A stretch of 53,728 bases of DNA, from the sequence record PV733669.1. One strand, written 5' to 3'. Position 1 is the first letter of the stretch, and every line of letters begins with the position of its first letter. Under the pieces are notes generated by a model. The model was not told the origin of the DNA and made no database searches. It saw only the letters and a list, made by a program, of their open reading frames with translations. The DNA comes from Escherichia phage ES2-BCU-3. Of the stretch, positions 20,228 through 28,652 are shown in pieces. Position numbers and translations under genes: made by a program.

Positions 20228-20619
20228 TGATTATGACAACCACACACTTCCTTGATATTATCGGGAATGACGGTTCTGGTATTTACGACCTTGAACCGAC
20301 TAGTGCTGGACGTCAGTCAATCTCAATTCAGATTGCAGGTTATACCTACCAGGTTGACCTACGGTTCAATACCATAGGTCAGCTCTGGCAGGCAACAGTA
20401 ACCGACGTCTCATCTAACAATGTACTTTGTTCCAGTTATGCTTTACAATATGGCCGAGTAGCTTTTGGTGGCTGGGACACTCGTATTGCGCTGATAGTCA
20501 GCGATAAGTCCTCAAGCCGTATTGGTCCCATGACCGCTGATGATATGGGAGGACGTTGCAGTGTCTTCATCGTCGACAAAACAGCCTACCCGTCAGTTTG
20601 GCCGAGCGTTAAAGCTTGA
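20227..20619 (+). CDS. Hypothetical tail/baseplate protein
   Basis: ATGA overlap with the upstream stop. Confidence 0.5.
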   Translation: MIMTTTHFLDIIGNDGSGIYDLEPTSAGRQSISIQIAGYTYQVDLRFNTIGQLWQATVTDVSSNNVLCSSYALQYGRVAFGGWDTRIALIVSDKSSSRIGPMTADDMGGRCSVFIVDKTAYPSVWPSVKA

Positions 20620-21511
20620 GGTCAGTAACGGGAAAGAAGGTATAATCATTTCCAACCTTCGCGTTACCTTTGATATTCAAAAAGGTAATGCGAAGCATCC
20701 CAATAAAGCAACAATCACTGTATTCAACCTGACTGAATCCAACCGCTATAAACTTGCTTCTGGTGAATGGGATTACGTCCGTCTCTCTGTGGGTTATGGT
20801 CTTACAGATGTTGTGTACCGTCAAATTTTCGAAGGTGACATAACCAGGACTAACGACCAGCGTAACGGTATGGACATACAGACTGTGCTTGAATGTGCAG
20901 ATGCTCTCAAGTCATATACAACTGGATTCATGTCTGCCACCCTGACTAAGGGTTCAACGCACGACGACCTTGTTGATATGTGTCTTGCCAGTATGCCGAA
21001 GGTTGATGAAGGCTTTATCTGTCTTGATAACAACATCAAACCGTTTATGCGTGCCCGTACTATGTTTGGCCAGACTCACCAGATTCTGGACCAGATAGCT
21101 GGGGCTAATAACGCCACGTGGTCAATTCAAGACAACAAGCTAAACATCATTCCTAACAACGGATATACTGATGCCGAGGTAATCGTGCTGTCAGTGTCGT
21201 CAGGTATGGTTGGTGCTCCTCGCGGTACAGACAAAGGTCTTGAGGTAACGTGTAACCTCAATCCTACTCTTTCTGTCGGTGGACTCGTGCAGATAAATTC
21301 TATGTTTACACAGTACGACGGACAGTATAAAATCGACACAGTAAGATTCCGAGGTGACAACAAACCGAAAGGACCGTGGCTGGCTGATTTGACGTTACTT
21401 GGCGGTGACTTCGCCAAGAAAGTACGTCGACTCAAGAAGCCGCGTAAGAAGTCTGAAATCCAGTACGACTATGTAACCGAGCCAGGAGTTAACAATACAT
21501 ATGGCCGTTAA
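20561..21511 (+). CDS. Baseplate hub-like protein (putative)
   Basis: GTG 20561 preceded by GGGAGGA (7-nt spacer); track ORF begins at ATG 20540 without an RBS; position before V/W/J-like genes. Confidence 0.4.
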   Translation: MSSSSTKQPTRQFGRALKLEVSNGKEGIIISNLRVTFDIQKGNAKHPNKATITVFNLTESNRYKLASGEWDYVRLSVGYGLTDVVYRQIFEGDITRTNDQRNGMDIQTVLECADALKSYTTGFMSATLTKGSTHDDLVDMCLASMPKVDEGFICLDNNIKPFMRARTMFGQTHQILDQIAGANNATWSIQDNKLNIIPNNGYTDAEVIVLSVSSGMVGAPRGTDKGLEVTCNLNPTLSVGGLVQINSMFTQYDGQYKIDTVRFRGDNKPKGPWLADLTLLGGDFAKKVRRLKKPRKKSEIQYDYVTEPGVNNTYGR

Positions 21512-22145
21512 CGACTTTAAAACAGCAACGCTTGACGAAGCGCTTGAAGCTGCTTTGTTTGCTGCTGCTATCGGCAAGCGTCATTGCTTACCTGGTAGGG
21601 TAATGTCATTTGACAAAGACACACAGACCATAACTGCTGAACCGATGATTAGTGCAGAACGCCCTGACGGTTCAATGCTTCGCTTACCGCCTATCGCTGA
21701 TGCTCCTTTATTCCAGCTAGGTGGCGGTCTGTTTGTTATCACTGTTGAACCTAAAGAGAATGACCCATGCCTGTTACTCGTAGCCGACCGTTGCATTGAC
21801 AACTGGTACGAGACTGCTGAGAACAACGTACCTGGCGACTTCAGACAAAATGATTTGTCCGACTGCTTCGTACTTGTGGGCTTCAGACCTAGACCGATGA
21901 AGATAACCAACTGGATGGAAGGTATCACAATTCGTAAGGTTGACGGTTCGCACTATATCAACATTAACAACAGCGGCAAAGTAAGTGTTAAAGCAACTGA
22001 GCTTGACCTTACTTCAACACCTACTTTAACCGCACCAAACACGTCTGCAACGTTCAAAGAAGCAACGATAGGTGGTATTAAGTTCAGTACCCACAAACAC
22101 AAAGAGAACGGCGACGGTGGCGGTATTACAGACGGTCCACAATAA
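21501..22145 (+). CDS. Baseplate spike / assembly protein V-like (putative)
   Basis: 214-aa ORF ahead of W-like and J-like genes; Gly-rich C-terminus. Confidence 0.4.
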   Translation: MAVNDFKTATLDEALEAALFAAAIGKRHCLPGRVMSFDKDTQTITAEPMISAERPDGSMLRLPPIADAPLFQLGGGLFVITVEPKENDPCLLLVADRCIDNWYETAENNVPGDFRQNDLSDCFVLVGFRPRPMKITNWMEGITIRKVDGSHYININNSGKVSVKATELDLTSTPTLTAPNTSATFKEATIGGIKFSTHKHKENGDGGGITDGPQ

Positions 22146-22153
22146 GGTGGCTT

Positions 22154-22525
22154 ATGAGAACCAGACGACTTGATTCAAACTGGGACTGGAACTTCGGACG
22201 TGGTCGTCTGGACTACGCCGAAGAGTCTGAGTCCATTGAACAACGCATCAAACAGATTCTGCAGTGTTATACAGCAGACTGGGTTCATGACCTGGAGTAT
22301 GGCATAGACTGGTTCGGTCTCATGGATAAGCCTGTTCAATGGGCTGAGCTTGAGGCGGCAATCAAGACTGCTATACTGTCAGAATATGGCGTTGTATCTA
22401 TTGACAGCTTTACCCTTAACTTCGACCCTGACTCACGTCATGCTACTTACACGGTAGAAGTTAATGACATTTATCATAACCCAATTAGTGTTAACAGAAG
22501 TGTTAACCTGGCAACGGCGAGGTAA
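22154..22525 (+). CDS. Baseplate wedge protein (gpW/gp25-like)
   Basis: 123-aa protein immediately upstream of the J-like gene; AAGGTGG RBS. Confidence 0.5.
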   Translation: MRTRRLDSNWDWNFGRGRLDYAEESESIEQRIKQILQCYTADWVHDLEYGIDWFGLMDKPVQWAELEAAIKTAILSEYGVVSIDSFTLNFDPDSRHATYTVEVNDIYHNPISVNRSVNLATAR

Positions 22526-22528
22526 TCA

Positions 22529-23692
22529 ATGGGCTCGGTAACTCAAACCGGTTACACGCCAGTAATGCTTGACGACTGGATTTCCAGATTCGAGACATTA
22601 TTCCGTCGCGTGTATGGTGCTGACATCGACCTGTCAGCTAAGTCCGCAGACGGACAGATGGTCGGCATACTGGCACAAATCTTTGCAGACCAGGACGAGC
22701 AAGTTGCTATCCTGTTCTCTATGCTTGACCCTAACCAGGCATCAGGCGTTTATGTTGACCAGTTCCTTGCTTACCTCAAGCTTTCTCGTAAGTCTGAGCA
22801 GGTTACACTGCTGACTAAAGTTAAGATTGAAGGCAGCAAGAACTTAATCGTACGTGTGCCTTATATCGTAGCTGATGCTGCTGGTAATGAATATCAGCTC
22901 AACTCTACTGTAGCGCTTGACGATACAGGTGTTGTTGAAACTAGCTTCAGCTCCACTAAGACTGGCCGCTTTGTCGTGCTAGCTAACGATGTGCTGACAC
23001 CAAAGACTATCCTGCCTGGCGTTACTAAGGTTACTAACCTGCAGGTATCTTCTGGCGGTGCATCCACTGAGCTCGACTCTGAAGCTGTCGACCGGGCATA
23101 TGACTCTTACGGTATTACGTCACAAAATACAGTGGACGGTATCGTGGCTGAGATTCGTCAAATGCCAGATGTAATCGCCGCTGCTGGCTACGAGAACGAC
23201 GAAGATACTACTGACCCGTTAACAGGTCTGCCTGCTAAGAGTATGCAGATTGTAGTTGATGGCGGTACTCCTGCTAAGATTGCAGACTGTATCTTCAGAC
23301 GTAAATCTACAGGCTGTAAGCAGATTGGTACACAGTCATATAACGTAACAGATAAGACTGGCAAACCTCGTACAATGAAATGGAGCCAGCCGACTTACGT
23401 CAATATGTATGCGTCGATTGTTGTTGCTCGTAAAGAGCTGTTTACTGATGTGTCTGAGGACTTGATTAAAAATGCAATCTTGTCCAAAGTGTTTAACATC
23501 GGTGAAGAAGTATCTACTTACGAACTGGGCCAGTTGGTTCAAGGTGCAAACCCGAACTTCTACATTCAGTCCTTCTTTGTGGGTACAACAGCAAATCCGA
23601 CGTCTGGCACTATACAGAAGATTACTGCATTACAGCGAGCAATCTTCTCAGCAGACAGAATCACTATTGCGGTGGTAAACGCTGATGGCTAA
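22529..23692 (+). CDS. Baseplate J-like protein
   Basis: 387-aa ORF in the conserved W-J-I order. Confidence 0.5.
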   Translation: MGSVTQTGYTPVMLDDWISRFETLFRRVYGADIDLSAKSADGQMVGILAQIFADQDEQVAILFSMLDPNQASGVYVDQFLAYLKLSRKSEQVTLLTKVKIEGSKNLIVRVPYIVADAAGNEYQLNSTVALDDTGVVETSFSSTKTGRFVVLANDVLTPKTILPGVTKVTNLQVSSGGASTELDSEAVDRAYDSYGITSQNTVDGIVAEIRQMPDVIAAAGYENDEDTTDPLTGLPAKSMQIVVDGGTPAKIADCIFRRKSTGCKQIGTQSYNVTDKTGKPRTMKWSQPTYVNMYASIVVARKELFTDVSEDLIKNAILSKVFNIGEEVSTYELGQLVQGANPNFYIQSFFVGTTANPTSGTIQKITALQRAIFSADRITIAVVNADG

Positions 23693-24338
23693 TTACAAGC
23701 AACTGTTAATCCAACAGTATGCTGACAAACCAAAAGCCCTGGCAACAATCCAGGGTTTTGACGATGCGATTCAACCTATCTGGGACGGTGCACAACAGGT
23801 TGTTGATAGTCTTAATATCGACAAAGCTTTTGGCAAAGGCCTGGATAATGTTGCTGCTCGTGTAGGTGCGTCACGCGTACTGAAAAAAGGTGTTGACCGT
23901 AAGTTCTTCGGCTTCACCAATAAGATTCCTGATGTACTGGGCTTTGGTGGTTCTTCTGGCAAAAAGGGTGGACCATTCTATCGTTACGGTGCATCACTGT
24001 TTGACCCAGTTGTTCTTGATGATGTTGACTTGCGTACATACATCAAGATGAAAATCTGGAAGAACTTCCAGGAAGGTACAATGCCTTACTTGATTGACTT
24101 CCTGATTGAATTCTTTGGTGAGAACAACTTTGTTGTTACTGACAACGAAGATATGTCTCTCACGTTAGAAATTTATGGTACACTCACGCCATTGAAACAG
24201 GTGCTCATCCAGAACTATGACATCTTGCCGAGACCGATGGGTGTTAAGATTAACCTGAACACAAGCGTAGATGCGACAGATGCATTGTATCGTTACGCTA
24301 CTGTAAACTTACCAGCACAGGTGAACGTATATGGCTGA
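23685..24338 (+). CDS. Baseplate / tail fibre-associated protein
   Basis: Overlaps the J-like gene end; precedes the fibre gene. Confidence 0.4.
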   Translation: MANYKQLLIQQYADKPKALATIQGFDDAIQPIWDGAQQVVDSLNIDKAFGKGLDNVAARVGASRVLKKGVDRKFFGFTNKIPDVLGFGGSSGKKGGPFYRYGASLFDPVVLDDVDLRTYIKMKIWKNFQEGTMPYLIDFLIEFFGENNFVVTDNEDMSLTLEIYGTLTPLKQVLIQNYDILPRPMGVKINLNTSVDATDALYRYATVNLPAQVNVYG

Positions 24339-25680
24339 TGTACAGACTAGACCGGATAATGACATCTTCGCGAGTGCTGCAGGCACTGGTGAACTGTTAC
24401 CATTCGGCGACCTTGCCCGTGGTTGGGGTGCGACCCTGGGTTACTCAGACGGTATTCCGCCTATGGAGTGGTTCAACTTCATTGGTAACCGTACTGACAA
24501 AGGCATCCACTATATTCTGCAGCAAGGCGTTGACGTCTGGGTTGCCACTGAGACTTATCCTGTTGGTGCTCTTGTTAAAGTGCAAGCAAGCAACATGCTC
24601 TATCGTTGCCTTGTACAGAACATTAACATGGCGCCAGCTAACAACCCAACTCAGTGGCGTCCTGTTCTAGACCTTACTGCTGCAACTGCTGCAGCAAGAC
24701 AGGTCGGCAAGAACTCAGGCAACCTGATTCAGGTTGGTGCGTTTGGTCTAGGTGGTAATGCTGAAGTTGTTACTAACGCATCGTCAATTACCAACGATGG
24801 CTTGTATCAGCTTACACCCACAGGGGTAGGTGGTCCAGAGTCAGGCGTTGCATGTGAGCTGGTTCATATCCAGATTGATGCTAATAACGCTACTCAATGG
24901 GCTAAGCCTGCTAACAAACGAATCCTGTACCTGCGCGATAAGATTAACGGTACCTGGAACTCATGGGAAGGTCAGTACGGTCCTAGCAACAAGCCGTCCG
25001 CTGCAGACCTGAACATTGACCAGGACTTCATCCCTATGGATGGTTCTGATTCAATCCGTGGTAATCTCGGTACAGTAGGTTGGGTTCATATTGCACGCAA
25101 TACTTCTGACCTGTTCCGTGCTGCTAACTCTTCTGGTGTTGCAGTTCACGAGGTATCTGGTAACGTAGCAGGCGGTACGGCAGTTACTGAGTACATGACC
25201 TCCGTATCTGTTTCGGCCAACAGTAACTTGATTACTGCGGCACGCTGGGGTTCAGTACCTATGACGCACATCCAGCACATCCTGGTGTCTGGTGGTGCAA
25301 CCCAGATTAACCTGGCTGTGTCTCGTGCTGGTGGTATTGCTGACAGACGTATTGCCGCATTGTCTGTAGATGGTGCAAATAACCGAGTCACCACACTAAA
25401 TAGCTTTACTTTATGTGAAAATGGAACTAGAGTATATTCACCAAATAACCCTCAGCCTGTTGACTTATCGAGTGTCGTGAATAGCGTCCGTTGGGGTTCT
25501 GAAGTAACTAACCCAAGAACTGGCGGCGAATCCTTTGTGCTACGCGTCCCGTCGGGTCACGCAGCAACTGGCTTCGATATTCATTCTAAGAGTGGTCGTG
25601 AAGATGAATTCCGTAATGTCTTCTCTCGTCCGCTTCAGATTCTCGTTAACGGTAGCTGGTTCACTGTAGGACAAATTTAA
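24331..25680 (+). CDS. Tail fibre protein (putative)
   Basis: 449-aa Gly/Ala/Asn-rich protein at the distal end of the tail block. Confidence 0.5.
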   Translation: MADVQTRPDNDIFASAAGTGELLPFGDLARGWGATLGYSDGIPPMEWFNFIGNRTDKGIHYILQQGVDVWVATETYPVGALVKVQASNMLYRCLVQNINMAPANNPTQWRPVLDLTAATAAARQVGKNSGNLIQVGAFGLGGNAEVVTNASSITNDGLYQLTPTGVGGPESGVACELVHIQIDANNATQWAKPANKRILYLRDKINGTWNSWEGQYGPSNKPSAADLNIDQDFIPMDGSDSIRGNLGTVGWVHIARNTSDLFRAANSSGVAVHEVSGNVAGGTAVTEYMTSVSVSANSNLITAARWGSVPMTHIQHILVSGGATQINLAVSRAGGIADRRIAALSVDGANNRVTTLNSFTLCENGTRVYSPNNPQPVDLSSVVNSVRWGSEVTNPRTGGESFVLRVPSGHAATGFDIHSKSGREDEFRNVFSRPLQILVNGSWFTVGQI

Positions 25681-26222
25681 TGAAGATTGCCAAAACGTTC
25701 GGTCCCTTTACTCCTCGCTTACCTGCGAGTGAAAGCGAAGAACATATGGCAAACACCCTCGGCGTCGCCTATCTTGGCGCGCCGGATGGGCGTTGCTGGT
25801 ATGATGTTATCCCTGAACTTGAAACTGAATGTAAAGGGATGCACTTCGTTACTGTGAATGACGATAAAGCTGTTACAGCTGTTTCTGCGGATGCGTCAAC
25901 GTTGTTCCCGTCTGGCTGCTATGTGATGGCTGTTACAGGTGCACCTGACGCTATGGTGCAACGCGTAGGTACGTGGCTGTTTAACGGCAAAGGCTTCGAG
26001 CTCGACCCTTCTGTGGGTATCGAACAAGCAAGACGTCGTAAAGCGTCGGCGCTGGAAGAAGCTACTTTGCAGGTTTCTATTCTGCGCGATGCAGTTGATT
26101 CAGGTAAAGCAACTGACAACGAAAAACGTCTGTTTGAGTTGTGGCGTGATTATCGTATTGCTGTTAACCGCCTTGACATCAACGAAGGTACTGTAATGAA
26201 GTTACCTGCTAAACCGGAGTAA
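25680..26222 (+). CDS. Hypothetical protein (possible tail fibre assembly)
   Basis: TAATG junction with the fibre gene. Confidence 0.4.
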   Translation: MKIAKTFGPFTPRLPASESEEHMANTLGVAYLGAPDGRCWYDVIPELETECKGMHFVTVNDDKAVTAVSADASTLFPSGCYVMAVTGAPDAMVQRVGTWLFNGKGFELDPSVGIEQARRRKASALEEATLQVSILRDAVDSGKATDNEKRLFELWRDYRIAVNRLDINEGTVMKLPAKPE

Positions 26223-26224
26223 CT

Positions 26225-26734
26225 ATGGAACTTGCACAGTTTAATAACTTTACCGAATATCGCCCACAAAGGACGGCTGTCAACTTAGCTAAGTTTAAAG
26301 CTGGCTGCACGTTCATTCGTGATGTAGGCGGTAACGACTGGTACGAGGTTGTAAGGCTAATAGCCCGTCAGTACAAAGACGCATGGTTTATTACTGTGGA
26401 TGAGTACAATGTCGTTGTTGCTGCAACCAAACTGCCTGGTCAGATGTTCCCTGTTAACGCCAGTGTTTATGTTGTTGACGAGGTTCCTGACGTTAAGAAC
26501 TTCTCTGAAGTATGTCATCAATGGCTGTACTTCAATGGCAAGTTTATGCTGCACGCTGACAAGCTAAAGGAAGATGCTTCATACAAACTTAAGTCTGAGT
26601 TAGCTTGGGTTGGTGATGAGATTGATAAGGAAGAGGACCCGACACGCCGTGTGCTGCTGAGTAAATATCGAGCAGCTCTTACAGTTCTTGACATGTCAGC
26701 CGCACCTCATATCGACTGGCCTGAGCGACCATAA
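26225..26734 (+). CDS. Hypothetical protein (possible tail fibre assembly)
   Basis: 169-aa ORF; last gene before a terminator. Confidence 0.4.
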   Translation: MELAQFNNFTEYRPQRTAVNLAKFKAGCTFIRDVGGNDWYEVVRLIARQYKDAWFITVDEYNVVVAATKLPGQMFPVNASVYVVDEVPDVKNFSEVCHQWLYFNGKFMLHADKLKEDASYKLKSELAWVGDEIDKEEDPTRRVLLSKYRAALTVLDMSAAPHIDWPERP

Positions 26735-26742
26735 GTTATTGA

Positions 26743-26780
26743 TGCCAGCAAGCTTAATCAGTTGCTGGCATATTTCTTTT
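26743..26780 (+). terminator. Rho-independent terminator
   Basis: Stem tgccagcaa(26743..26751)/ttgctggca(26762..26770), 10-nt loop, then TATTTCTTTT. Confidence 0.65.
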
Positions 26781-26801
26781 GGCAAACAATCGTGCTATAA
26801 T
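26773..26801 (+). promoter_or_regulatory. Promoter with extended -10 (TGcTATAAT), weak -35
   Basis: TG 26793..26794 and TATAAT 26796..26801 about 30 nt upstream of the holin RBS. Confidence 0.4.
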
Positions 26802-26835
26802 CCACTCTGAGTGTACAACCAACCGGAGCTAAGGG

Positions 26836-27099
26836 ATGCACGACTTATTCGAGCGCTGGTGCTATACAATTGGCCAGTTCATTGCCTGGCTTACAATAAC
26901 AGTTAGTACATTGTCTTTAAGCGATTGGGGTACTATCATTGGTATTATCTCATCCCTTATAATGTTAATTGTTGTTACCTATAACCAGACACGTCGAACC
27001 AAAATTATGTCGGACTATTACAGACGTAAGAAGCCGGTGGAAGATGAGGTAGCTTCCGAAGAAGAGGTGTTGCGTGAGTCTAAAATCAACAGCGACTAA
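26836..27099 (+). CDS. Holin (two predicted TM helices, pinholin-like)
   Basis: 87 aa with two hydrophobic helices (IGQFIAWLTITVSTLSL; WGTIIGIISSLIMLIVV) and charged C-terminus; directly upstream of the lysozyme. Confidence 0.55.
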   Translation: MHDLFERWCYTIGQFIAWLTITVSTLSLSDWGTIIGIISSLIMLIVVTYNQTRRTKIMSDYYRRKKPVEDEVASEEEVLRESKINSD

Positions 27100-27619
27100 A
27101 GGTGGTTGTTCCGTACTTGCTATTATTGGTCTGGTACTATCAATGACCAGTACGCATGTACGGACTAACCAGGAAGGTCTTGAAATAATCGGCAATGCAG
27201 AAGGTTGTATGCGCAACCCATATGTTTGCCCTACTGGCTATCTTACCGTTGGTATTGGTAGCCGCATCTACGAAGATGAACCGGCAGTGCGTAAAGCAGG
27301 TTTGACTGACCAGGAGATTGCTGACCGCTGGGTCAAGAATATCCAGGAAGCTGAGACCTGTGTTAATAACTGGTTCCACGGAAAGGAAATGAACGACAAC
27401 CAGTTTAGCGCAATGACCTCGATGGTATTTAACCACGGTTGCACTAAGTTGCGTCGTAATAAAGATGGTTCTCCAACCCGCATCTATACTGCAGCTCGCT
27501 ACCAGAACTGGACGGAGATGTGTAACCGTATTACTGACTGGGATATGGGCGGCAAGTACAGAGGCTTGACTATACGTAAGCAGAAGGAAAAAGCCTTATG
27601 TCTAAAACCGGTGCAGTAA
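27074..27619 (+). CDS. SAR endolysin (T4-type lysozyme, GH24-like)
   Basis: N-terminal weakly hydrophobic Gly/Ala-rich SAR-like segment (GGCSVLAIIGLVLSM), then EGLEIIGNAEG...YLTVGIG resembling the lysozyme catalytic region; GTG start with GAAGAGG RBS. Confidence 0.7.
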   Translation: MSLKSTATKGGCSVLAIIGLVLSMTSTHVRTNQEGLEIIGNAEGCMRNPYVCPTGYLTVGIGSRIYEDEPAVRKAGLTDQEIADRWVKNIQEAETCVNNWFHGKEMNDNQFSAMTSMVFNHGCTKLRRNKDGSPTRIYTAARYQNWTEMCNRITDWDMGGKYRGLTIRKQKEKALCLKPVQ

Positions 27620-27927
27620 TAATCACGTTGTTCGGAATTGCCATTGTTCTGCTGTGTTTGTGGGTTAAGTCACTCAAGCAGGACATTCAAATCAAGGATG
27701 ATACTATTGAGCAGATTACAAAGGACAACAAAGAATTGTCCACTGCCAATACTGAGCTGCGCGGTCAGATAGCTGTTGAGCGCAATGCTTCTGCTGACAT
27801 GGCCCTTAAGAATAAAGAGCTTGAGGACAAGCTCAAAGAAAGGAAACCAAAGTATGACGCAGCTACAAAGAATGATGCTTGTGCCAATACTAATGCTCCT
27901 GACGGTGTTATCGACCTCATGCAGTAA
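27598..27927 (+). CDS. i-spanin (Rz-like)
   Basis: N-terminal TM helix (AVIITLFGIAIVLLCLWV) then coiled-coil periplasmic domain; overlaps endolysin stop. Confidence 0.5.
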   Translation: MSKTGAVIITLFGIAIVLLCLWVKSLKQDIQIKDDTIEQITKDNKELSTANTELRGQIAVERNASADMALKNKELEDKLKERKPKYDAATKNDACANTNAPDGVIDLMQ

Positions 27928-28132
27928 CAAGCCTGAGGTTATTTACAAGGACAGAATCGTCAAGCAGTACCCGCCTCAGGCTTATCTTGTTACGTGTAAA
28001 AAGCCTGTGTTACAGGGTAAGACCTGGAAGGATATAGGTCAGTTGGCAATAGACAGGGGAGTGGCTCTTGAAGATTGTACTTACAAGATAGATAAGATAA
28101 TCGAATGGAGTAATGGAAAGGGCCCCGAGTAA
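27854..28132 (+). CDS. o-spanin lipoprotein (Rz1-like), overlapping the i-spanin in another frame
   Basis: ATG 27854 with AAGGAAA RBS; signal-like MTQLQRMMLVPILMLLTVLSTSC with Cys as candidate lipobox; begins inside the i-spanin gene. Confidence 0.45.
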   Translation: MTQLQRMMLVPILMLLTVLSTSCSNKPEVIYKDRIVKQYPPQAYLVTCKKPVLQGKTWKDIGQLAIDRGVALEDCTYKIDKIIEWSNGKGPE

Positions 28133-28147
28133 GGGCCCTTTATTTTA
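28118..28147. terminator. Bidirectional rho-independent terminator between convergent genes
   Basis: Stem aaagggccc(28118..28126)/gggcccttt(28133..28141), 6-nt loop, flanked by A- and T-runs; the o-spanin stop codon (28130..28132) lies in the loop. Confidence 0.75.
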
Positions 28148-28369
28148 TCGCTTGGCTTTGCGTTCGTTAAAGTTGGCGCAGTGAGAACAAAGTACTGTAC
28201 CGGCAATCAGCTCACGACGCTTTGACTCAATAGGTTCGCCACACTGATAACAATCAATAGGACTCACACCTTTATATTGCACGCGACTTGCTATTGCTGC
28301 ATCACGTGCAATCTGCTCAGCATCCGATGCCATATCGTTAACGTCTGAAGTGCGGGTAGTCTCAATCAT
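28145..28369 (-). CDS. DksA/TraR-type C4 zinc-finger protein
   Basis: 74 aa with CYQC...(17)...CSHC near the C-terminus, the TraR/DksA zinc-finger spacing. Confidence 0.5.
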   Translation of the reverse strand: MIETTRTSDVNDMASDAEQIARDAAIASRVQYKGVSPIDCYQCGEPIESKRRELIAGTVLCSHCANFNERKAKR

Positions 28370-28641
28370 TTACATTCTTCTTCACAGTAGATAGTTTCTA
28401 ACTCGTCGCATAGCTTCTGTGTCCATGCGTCGTCCTCGCCTCGTATCTCAAAACACAGGGCGGTAATATCATAACCGTTGATACCGCTTTTGTAAAGCTT
28501 TTTGGCAACATCTTCCGGTTCTTCCTGGAATATCCGCATAAACCAGTCCAGTCCCGTCTTACATTCTGAGGCGTCTAGTATCTCCTTCGCCCTTGCCTTA
28601 AGCGTTTCATCTACTGGGTATTCTAAACCTATATTAGACAT
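28366..28641 (-). CDS. Hypothetical protein
   Basis: 91-aa acidic ORF, ATGA-coupled to the downstream gene. Confidence 0.45.
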   Translation of the reverse strand: MSNIGLEYPVDETLKARAKEILDASECKTGLDWFMRIFQEEPEDVAKKLYKSGINGYDITALCFEIRGEDDAWTQKLCDELETIYCEEECK

Positions 28642-28652
28642 ATAATAGACCT

